Source: a virus (taxonomy: Duplodnaviria > Caudoviricetes). Taken from it: 60,507 nucleotides of DNA. The DNA is taken from the IMG/VR virus record IMGVR_UViG_3300030090_004814, positions 1 to 60,507 of that record. The stretch is one strand, 5' to 3'. The position numbers and the translations under genes are program-made. The notes under the pieces were generated by a model. It was not told the origin of the DNA and did no database searches. It saw nothing but the letters and a program-made list of their open reading frames with translations. Shown here in pieces: positions 29,628 through 38,100 of the stretch (positions are counted from its first letter, which is position 1; each line of letters opens with the position of its first letter).

Positions 29628-29909
29628 ATGAGACTAGTAAATAGTAAAAGGATAGAAGCAATAAAGAAAGCGATTGTGGATGTCTCAGGTAAATCTATGA
29701 TTGAACTTGAGACAAGTCGCAAGCACACTGTCACCTCTTGGGCTACGTTAGGCATGTACCTGATGACCAAAGAAGGAGAGACAGCAGAGAGTGCTGCCAA
29801 ACATTATGGCAGGAAGCAAGGTATTGTATACCGCAAGGTCAAAGAGATCGAAGACAAGTTAGATCATTACCAGCCTGTCATTGATAAGATATTAGAAAGA
29901 GTAGAATAA
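29628..29909 (+). CDS. DnaA domain IV-like HTH protein
   Basis: SRK..V.....GMYL.......A...GRK...V...V..IE resembles Bac_DnaA_C. Confidence 0.55.
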   Translation: MRLVNSKRIEAIKKAIVDVSGKSMIELETSRKHTVTSWATLGMYLMTKEGETAESAAKHYGRKQGIVYRKVKEIEDKLDHYQPVIDKILERVE

Positions 29910-30127
29910 TGTGGCTAGCAATCATTATATTTTATTTCATCTTACTGTTTTTAGTATGCAGATTTTTCTCTGTATCAAAGGAGATAAAACAAAGGCCAAA
30001 GAAACGTGAACTCTCTGCCCATCAAAAGCAGTTATTGAACATCATGACAGGAAGAGATAAGAACCAAGACCTCACCGAAAGTGAACTCGAATCTTTAAAA
30101 GAGGATGGCGACAAATGTCAACGATAA
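29909..30127 (+). CDS. Membrane-anchored hypothetical protein
   Basis: N-terminal TM. Confidence 0.6.
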   Translation: MWLAIIIFYFILLFLVCRFFSVSKEIKQRPKKRELSAHQKQLLNIMTGRDKNQDLTESELESLKEDGDKCQR

Positions 30128-30309
30128 TAAGACAAAAACCAGTTGAGTTCTACAGTTATAAAACCGTAACACTTCTTTACGATAGTATTGAAGAGGTATG
30201 GAAAGTTGTAGGAGTTAAAGAAAACGAACCAAACACAGTCATCTACAAAGGAGAGAGTCAAGATCTTGCAGTTAAGTTCTTCGACACAATCATTTTGAAT
30301 GACAAATAA
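30115..30309 (+). CDS. Hypothetical protein
   Basis: 64-aa ORF in operon. Confidence 0.55.
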   Translation: MSTIIRQKPVEFYSYKTVTLLYDSIEEVWKVVGVKENEPNTVIYKGESQDLAVKFFDTIILNDK

Positions 30310-30332
30310 ACCTAAAAAATAGAAAGCAAATA

Positions 30333-31487
30333 ATGTGGATAATCCCAAAGAATATATCAGACACCTATCCCTCTGTAGTGGTTACGAGGGAATCGGAAGT
30401 GGACTCAGAAGAGTTCTCCCTAATGTGCGAGAAATCGCTCATGTTGAAATCGAAACCTTCGCTATCTGCAACCTGGTTGCGAAGATGGAAGCGAACCAAA
30501 TTCATCCAGCACCTGTGTTCACGGACCTTAAAGAATTCCCATTCAGAAAGTTTCGTGGATGCGTTGACATCCTGTCTGGTGGATTCCCCTGCCAACCTTT
30601 CTCAGGAGCAGGACTCAAGAAAGCAACAGAAGATCCAAGACACTTGTTCCCCTACATCCTTGAAGGAATCAAAGAGTGTAGACCCACTGTCTTGTTCCTC
30701 GAAAACGTCGAAGGGATCATCAGTTGCAAGACAGCCGATGGAGAATCAGTTCTCCACTATGTCCTCAGATCGTTGGAAGAAGTGGGTTACATCGCAGAGG
30801 CAGGAGTATTCTCAGCGTCTGAAGTCGGAGCGACTCATCAGAGAAAGCGAGTCTTCATCTTGGCCTACTCCAGCAGCGAGGGATTGGAAAGGATACTACA
30901 ATGTAGAGAGCCAAAAGAAGCGGTTCAGAAACTTACTACCAGACGCAGTGGAAGCACAGGAGATGTTGAGTTGGCCTACAGCGAGGACATCGGATGCAGA
31001 GGGGGGAAGGATCGAGACGGAGATAACAGACAAAGGATTCAGGAGCAAGAGGAAGAAGAGCGACCAATGGTTTGGAGCGAAGCTAAGAGACGCAGTGGAG
31101 ACGCACGAGAATTGGCCGACACCAACAGTAGCAGAGGGAGGGAAGATTGGGAACAACCCGAACTATGGACAGCTAGGACTGAGCAACCATCCCGAAGTAC
31201 ATGGGCAGAAAGTGCAGAGGGAGAAGCTTCACAAGGACAGGAAAGGATTATCCAAAGCTGGCCTTCACGACCAGGCGAAGCTCAACAAGAGTGGGAAGAG
31301 CCGAGAGTTATTGTGGGGAACCCCAAAGGAGGTAGACAGCAGAGCAGCACACACAGACAGGGGCAAGAGCAACTTGGGGGAGCAAGTACAGCACAATACA
31401 GGGAAGAAGCTCAATGCGAATTGGGTGGAGCAATTAATGGGGCTGCCAGTGGGGTGGACCCAATTGCCAACAGAGTGGATCGACTAA
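30333..31487 (+). CDS. Overlapping-frame methyltransferase beta polypeptide (W[PG]T[PA] repeats plus motif IX)
   Basis: 384-codon ORF in the +1 frame; four W[PG]T[PA] units; ends LNANWVEQLMGLPVGWT (motif IX-like); true start uncertain. Confidence 0.75.
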   Translation: MWIIPKNISDTYPSVVVTRESEVDSEEFSLMCEKSLMLKSKPSLSATWLRRWKRTKFIQHLCSRTLKNSHSESFVDALTSCLVDSPANLSQEQDSRKQQKIQDTCSPTSLKESKSVDPLSCSSKTSKGSSVARQPMENQFSTMSSDRWKKWVTSQRQEYSQRLKSERLIRESESSSWPTPAARDWKGYYNVESQKKRFRNLLPDAVEAQEMLSWPTARTSDAEGGRIETEITDKGFRSKRKKSDQWFGAKLRDAVETHENWPTPTVAEGGKIGNNPNYGQLGLSNHPEVHGQKVQREKLHKDRKGLSKAGLHDQAKLNKSGKSRELLWGTPKEVDSRAAHTDRGKSNLGEQVQHNTGKKLNANWVEQLMGLPVGWTQLPTEWID

Positions 31488-31564
31488 GATTGTTAGGCAA
31501 CGGTGTTGTACCACAGGTTGCAGAAAAAGCATTTGTAACTTTACTAAGGAGGTTTAATGCCTAG
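30335..31564 (+). CDS. dcm: C5 cytosine DNA methyltransferase, catalytic (alpha) polypeptide
   Basis: Motifs I (LSLCSGYEGI), IV (GFPCQPFS), VI (ENV), VIII (QRKRVF), X (LGNGVVPQVA); motif IX absent. Confidence 0.9.
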   Translation: MDNPKEYIRHLSLCSGYEGIGSGLRRVLPNVREIAHVEIETFAICNLVAKMEANQIHPAPVFTDLKEFPFRKFRGCVDILSGGFPCQPFSGAGLKKATEDPRHLFPYILEGIKECRPTVLFLENVEGIISCKTADGESVLHYVLRSLEEVGYIAEAGVFSASEVGATHQRKRVFILAYSSSEGLERILQCREPKEAVQKLTTRRSGSTGDVELAYSEDIGCRGGKDRDGDNRQRIQEQEEEERPMVWSEAKRRSGDARELADTNSSRGREDWEQPELWTARTEQPSRSTWAESAEGEASQGQERIIQSWPSRPGEAQQEWEEPRVIVGNPKGGRQQSSTHRQGQEQLGGASTAQYREEAQCELGGAINGAASGVDPIANRVDRLRLLGNGVVPQVAEKAFVTLLRRFNA

Positions 31565-31736
31565 ACGCAAAACATTACCTGCTGTATTATACGAAGAATC
31601 TGATGGCACTTATACTTTGTACTTTGTGGAGAACCCTAATTGGGTGGCGAGAGATTTGCCCTCAAAAGAAATGGCTAGACAAGTAGCTTCTCTACATAAT
31701 TACAGAATAGATATGACCGTCAAACGTAAGAAATAA
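31557..31736 (+). CDS. Hypothetical protein (59 aa)
   Basis: MPRRKTLPAV...; overlaps MTase stop. Confidence 0.5.
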   Translation: MPRRKTLPAVLYEESDGTYTLYFVENPNWVARDLPSKEMARQVASLHNYRIDMTVKRKK

Positions 31737-31762
31737 TTTGCCATATCGGCATTGTGAGGGGA

Positions 31763-31810
31763 GCCTCGTCATCTGTTTGTAGGGATCAGGTGGCGAGGCA
31801 TTTAATTTTA
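31763..31810 (+). terminator. Hairpin/terminator
   Basis: GCCTCGTCATCTG/CAGGTGGCGAGGC with G-U pairs, then T-rich. Confidence 0.6.
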
Positions 31811-31823
31811 AAGTAAAACAAAT

Positions 31824-32069
31824 ATGATAATAAAAAAAGAAGCCAAAGGTGTATACAAAGTAAAAGATGAATTCAATACTGTTTACTATGTAGAAGACAC
31901 AAGATCTCCAAATGCACGGAACCTACCTAAAGATGTCAAAGGATCTATTGAAGGGTATTGGGGAGTGTGGCAAGAAGAGGAACATCATTTATCATTTATA
32001 AACAATTGTAAAACTCTTGCAGAGTGTTTAACTTGTATCGCCTTATGGGAAGACGCTGAACACGTCTAA
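31824..32069 (+). CDS. Hypothetical protein
   Basis: 81 aa, last early gene. Confidence 0.65.
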   Translation: MIIKKEAKGVYKVKDEFNTVYYVEDTRSPNARNLPKDVKGSIEGYWGVWQEEEHHLSFINNCKTLAECLTCIALWEDAEHV

Positions 32070-32075
32070 CAATTT

Positions 32076-32163
32076 GGATCACATGGATGTAGAGTGCAGG
32101 GAGATCCTGCAACGAGGGGGTTTGTCCTTCTGTTCGCCTCCTACATTGATCACCATGTGATCC
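32076..32163. terminator. Branched hairpin at convergent gene ends
   Basis: GGATCACATGG/CCATGTGATCC outer stem with inner stems. Confidence 0.5.
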
Positions 32164-32165
32164 CT

Positions 32166-35100
32166 TTACTCAAGAGAAATAAACCCATTCTCTGTTTGTT
32201 CCAAAAGAAAGCTAGCAGCTTTAGAAAGTCTTGCCCTTACTTCTGGGTTAGAGCTATTCTTAAATACTTCTTTCATCCTGTTACTGAAGAACAAAGCAGG
32301 TACATAATTGTTTAACATTATGTTCTTATAACCTTCTTTAGTAAATAACTCTCCACCAATCTTCCTGACTTGTTCAGGAGTAGCTCCTAGTTTAGGGAAA
32401 GCAGGAGCATGTCTCTTAAATGTTTTCGCTGATCTCTTATAACTATTAACAAGATTCTGTAATGTATCTCTAAGTTCGTCATCAGACACTGGCTTTGACG
32501 TAGCAAGTTTGTTAAGTGCTTTACGCATAGCTAGTTTATCCTGCTCGATTGGTCTGGTAAAATTATATAAGGCAGTCTGTGGTTTTATCTCATAAGGTTT
32601 TAAAGGGGAAAATTCATCCCTTAATAACTTAGACATAGTGTACGTAGGGTCATCACTTAGCATACCTTTTATGTTTTCACTAAGCCTCATGAAAGTTGGA
32701 GCACCGTAAGCTTCTTTAGCAAAGCTAGCTAAACCTTTAGCAGCTTTAGTTCCTAAGTCATCATGCTCAAAAAAGATAGCCTCATCTTTTGAATTCTTAT
32801 TGTTCAGCATGTTGTAGAAAGCTTTAGTAGCTATCTGACCTTCGAGGAAAGGAGCTGAAAAAAGAATATGCATTCCGTGACCCATAGCCTCTAAAGGACT
32901 CTCCCCTCTTCCTAACGATCTTTGTATCGCAGGGAAAGCATCCAAGTAAGTAGAGTAAGGATTCAAGTAAGTTAAATCCCAAGAGTAATACTTACCATTC
33001 TTCTTGGTATATAAGAATGTATGGTTACGTAAATAAGAAGGCACACTAAGTTGTAAAGCTTCCTTCTCTTCATCTCCTAAATCATCAGCAGGTCTGTGCC
33101 CTAACCCATAAACAAATATTAGTAGTGCAGCTTCCGCAGCAAACGTAGCCACTGTAGAAACAGCTCCAACAGTAGCAGCTCCAGCAGCTCTTTGTAATCC
33201 TCTTTTCCTTATGACAGGATTTTTTGACTTAATTTCTTGAGCAGCTAACATGGTATTGTTAACCATTATCCTGCCTACTTCTGCTCTGAATCGATAATAA
33301 GGAGCCACTAAAGCACCCGCAGTAGATCTACTGAAAGCTTCTGTACCAGGCATGTTTTGAGAAAAGTATTGAGCAGTCTTCTTTAACTTATCAATTGCCA
33401 TTAGCTCAAGCTCTCTATCAGACTTGCCTTTGAATCCAGTATCTATTCCACTCTCATCATCATATGCTCTAGCTTCTTGAAGATTGTTTAACTCATATTC
33501 GTACACAGCTATTTTGTAGAATGAGTCTGAAGCTAATGAAAGTTTCTGTAGTTTGTTCTCAAGCTTCTTAGAAATCTTATACCCTTTCTTCCCTACTTGT
33601 TTTAAAGTATCTAATAAAGACTTATCACTATCTGCTTCAATAGGAGGAAGACCATTCTCTTTCTGTAATTCATTTAACAGATCAGAAGTTTGTTCTCTCA
33701 AACTTTCCTCAGTGATAAGTCCGTTGACCATGTCCTCATAAAGAGCAACAGAAAATTCTCTTTCAATAACCCCATCCTTAACAAGTTTATTCACATACTC
33801 ATTAACTTCTTTAGGGCTTGTGATAGCTCGTGCTAACTCTCCTTTGATCTTAGTTATCCCTGTGCCTGGTGGTAATCCTAAAGACAATGCGAAGTATGTT
33901 GTGTTACCTACTATGTTTCTAATGTAGTAGGTAGTACTAGTAAGTGTCTTTATACCTAGCGAGTATCCTATACTTTTCCTGACTATACCATTTATAGATT
34001 TAGTTAACTTGTCAGTAAGCCTTGTTCCTTCTTGAACAAAGGTTCTTGCTTCTTGTATGTCATTAATTAATTCAGGTGGTGCGTAATAACCTTTACCAAT
34101 TAGAGGACTAAAAACATCGTCCTTGTCTGTCTTTAAAGCAGTATCTATTAGTTGGTAATCATCTAACCCTAGTTCATTCCTTTGTTCTCTAGTCACTAAC
34201 CATCTCTGATCAGGCTCTCCAGCTGTCCCAAGTCTTTCTAAGTTAGCATCAACGGCAAGCCTGTTGACTAAATAACTAACATTCTCATAAGTTTTTACAA
34301 CATTCCAAGTGCCGTCAGGTATTTCTCCTAATGCTTCCCTCACAGCTTTTGGGAGATCTTGTTTCTTTTTAAGAACATCTGCATCTAAATCTTCTCCATA
34401 CTTAGAAAAGTTATTCTTGAAAGTAGCTTCTAAAAAAGCTTCTTCACTTTGACCCTCAGTTTCTAAAGCTTGAGCTAAAGTTTTAGCTAGCCCACTAAAC
34501 TCTGCTCTCTTAGCTGACTCAGATTTAGTTATCCAGTCTACATCATTGTTTGCGTAAGCTTCTTTATCTTTTTTGATGACCTCTGCTGAGATTTCATTTT
34601 CTTGATTTTGTTTAAAAATTTCTCTAGCTGCATTCAACCTAAGTGCTTTTGCTTTAGGATTATCTTTAGAAAATATAAACTCTTTCCAAGAAGCGTCTTG
34701 GAAGATCCTATACGAACGAGTTAAGTAAAAACCTTCTTGAGCACTGAACCGTGCTTCTATGTCCGTGTACTCATCTTTATCTATCTTTGATAACTGTTCT
34801 GAAATGTATCGTGAGGATGCAGTTATTTTAAATCTCAGTCCTCTAAGTGTTTCAGCTAACTCAGGAGATTTCTCACTGATCTTATTTAAAGCTTGATCTA
34901 CTCTAGCAAGGGTTTCTTGTCGTATCCTTTGCTTTTCCTTTATCACTGCTGACTCATAATCACGGTCTGCTTTTTTAACAGCCTCTATAACATCTTTAGG
35001 ATTTTCTAAATCTCTAGCAGCTAACTTAGCAGCGTCTCTTTCAGCAATAAAGACCGCATCAACTTCTTCACTTACGTTGATATTGTTTCTTTCTCCAGTA

Positions 35101-38100
35101 GCTTGTTCTAATAAAGTATTTATTTCTGCGGTAAACCCACCCCATCCTTCATTAACAAGTCTTTCTATCTGCCCTATATAAGATTCAACTTCTGTACGGA
35201 TACCATTCATGAAGCTTTCTCTCCGCTCCATTTCTCTCTTCCATCTAGGATCTTTTAAGCCTGTGAACCAGGACCAAAAAGTTTTGATCCAATTAGGTTT
35301 ACCCTCAACAGGGCTAGTGTAACTACCTAACTGACCTATAGGTACTTCAATCAAAGTTCTAAATTCTTTTTCAATGTCTGTCAAAGCTTGCGGGTCATCA
35401 GCTTTAGTTATTACATTTCTTATTTGTTCCAGCCCTGCTTCAGCAGTAGCACCCCCATTGTACACAATCATTTTTTCAGGGTTAAAAACATAACCCTTTC
35501 TTAGATGTGTCCTAGCAGTGCCTAAAGAATCTAACTTCAAAGCTAACTCTTTACTTACGTCAGATGCTAAATCCTTATCAAGACTTTGTGAGATTAAGTC
35601 AATAGAGTTATCTAATGACTGCATTGCTATTTCTTTTAGCTTTGGAAATGAATTTAATATGGTTAAAGAATCTCTATAATCTTTACCACTTACTGCTTCA
35701 GCGGTTAGCTTTTTGATAGCATTGATTGCAATACTTTTAACAACTTCATCCCCTTGAGCTTCAATGTCCTCTTCAGAAAAAATTCCTGTATCAAATAATA
35801 AATCATTTTCTGAAGAAATAAAAGATAAGAACTTATCATCAATCCCTAAATCAGCAAAAGATTCAACGCTTAGATTATCATTTAAAAAAGTATCTTCAAT
35901 AGATTTAATTGTAAACTCAGATTCAAGGTACCCATTTAAAGAAGCCTCTTCTCCTTTTGTTTTTCTATAAGATGACAAGGCATCTATTAAAGCAACTTTG
36001 TTGAACTCAAGAACACCCTCATCAACAGTCACCGCTGCTAAGTTTGGTGAGTTTGTTGTTCTTACTATATATTTTTTTGTTATATTATTTCTGACATGAA
36101 CAGCAGCATCTACTAGTAATTCATTAGCCCCCTCAGTAGTCTCTGTGGTGAAGTCAGTCTCTTGGCTGTTTGCTGAAAGAGCAGGTCCCTCATCAAGGTA
36201 TATTGCAGAAGGTGGGTTGTTATCTATAATGGTTTCAACAGCTTGTGTTTCTGTAGCTACGTTAGTCCCAAACTCATTAAGTACTTTTATTAAGAAAGTA
36301 TCTACTGTGTCACCACTTACTTTAGAAGTAACCATGATATCTTTAATTCTACCAACTGTTACTCCTTCAACATAGTTTTCGCTACCCCTTTGACTTATCT
36401 CAGGAAAAGTTATTTTTTCTTTTCTAGTAGAGACACTCTCTAAAAAGTCTACGTATTTATCCCTAATTACATCTAGTTTAGCACGGTTGAAATTTGGTAT
36501 GCTCTGTTGTACTTCAGGATCAGAAAGCAAGTAGGCTTCTACTTTTTCTATGTTAGCTTGCTGAACTTTCTCTGCTGTTTCTTCTTGGTTGCGTACCCCT
36601 TTATTTGTAATCTTTCTTTTAGAAACTTCATTTGCTTTAAGCCAAAGAGAATCTTCAGTTGTTATAGGTGTTTCTTCTGGCTCAACAGATAGCTCAACAT
36701 CTTCAACTTCTAACTTTTCTTTTGAAGCTTTTTCAAAATCAACGAACCTCCCCCTGATAGAACTAGCTAATGTATTTGTGTAAGCTGCTTCTATATCATT
36801 CAAATACTTCGCTACACTCTTGTTGATAAATGAATACTGATCCTTGCTCTCTTGAACATTTGGATCTAAGAATCCTCTAACATGTTGAACGAGGTCTTGT
36901 AAGAACTCTAAGAATCCTTTGTCTTTAGTTATGTCAGTCAGCTTAGTTTCGCTCTCAATAAATTGTCTAGTAAACTCTGAAACAATTTCATCAGCCTCCA
37001 TTGTAGGGCTTTGTTCTGAGTTTGGTTCTAATTCACCAGGCAGTATTACATCATCAACCTCCATGCCTTTGTAAACGGCAACGGAGTTTCTTAGCTTATC
37101 TATCCCCTCTCCTTTAGCTAACGACTCATATACTTCAGTAAGTTTCTTTTTAGAGAACTGAAGGAAGTTTAAACCTTCTTCCTGAGAAGATCTCTTCCTC
37201 CACATATCTTTAAGCAAAGAGCTTTCACTAACGTGCACAAACTCGTGTGCGAGCATTGTATCTAAAGCTTTTTTCCTGGCTTCTTTTCCTTTTAAATCTT
37301 TTAACTGCGCTGTGATTTTATCGGTGTCAATTTGTAGTACAATGTTTGGGTTGTCCGTTGTACCAGCATTGATACCAACTCTCATTGGGTTATTATCAGG
37401 GAGCTTGCCATCAACATACTGTATGAATATGTCTTCTTTAGTGTTGGTAGGAACCCAACCACTGATGTAATCAGCTACATCTTCTTTAGTAAGTTTACTT
37501 CCGAAGTTTGTCAGGATAGTTCTGCTAGTTGGTTTCTCAGCTAATGTTTCTTCAAACTCTTCAACGGCTCCTTCTATCTCTGCATCCCCCACAACAGTAA
37601 CATCTTCGGCAACAGGAGCCTCTGCACCTGCTTCTTTAGTTTCAATTGGGTTAGTAACTTTTAAAGATTCTTGTAACTGTTCAGCACTGATAACTAAACC
37701 TGCTTCATCTAAAGCCTGAGAGGCTTGGGCAAGAGCGGTGTTCAGAGCGACTGTTTTCTTGTTCTCTTCGCTTTTTACATTGGTAGATTTCAATAACCTA
37801 TCTGGGCCAAAGAAAGTTTCTGACCCAACAGTCATAGTACCACCTAGAATACTTCCCAACCCACCCGCATAAAGACCTTGAGATATGCGCTCCTTCATGG
37901 GAACAAACTCATTCAATACAGCACTGTCTACAAAAGATCCTATGAATTCATCAAGACCTTCTTCAGCACCTTCAGCAGCAGCACTGCCTAATGCTTTTTT
38001 AATTAAGGTAGAGTTTGCTTCCTTCTTGTATAACTCAGCAGCTTGTTTAGCAATAGTATTTCTTAAAAGAGCTTTAGTTGTTTCCTCATTCGCTTTAAAA

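Noticed and set aside
30365-31156. - strand ORFs inside the MTase as a third coding layer
   Set aside because: Short, motif-free and expected as antisense shadows
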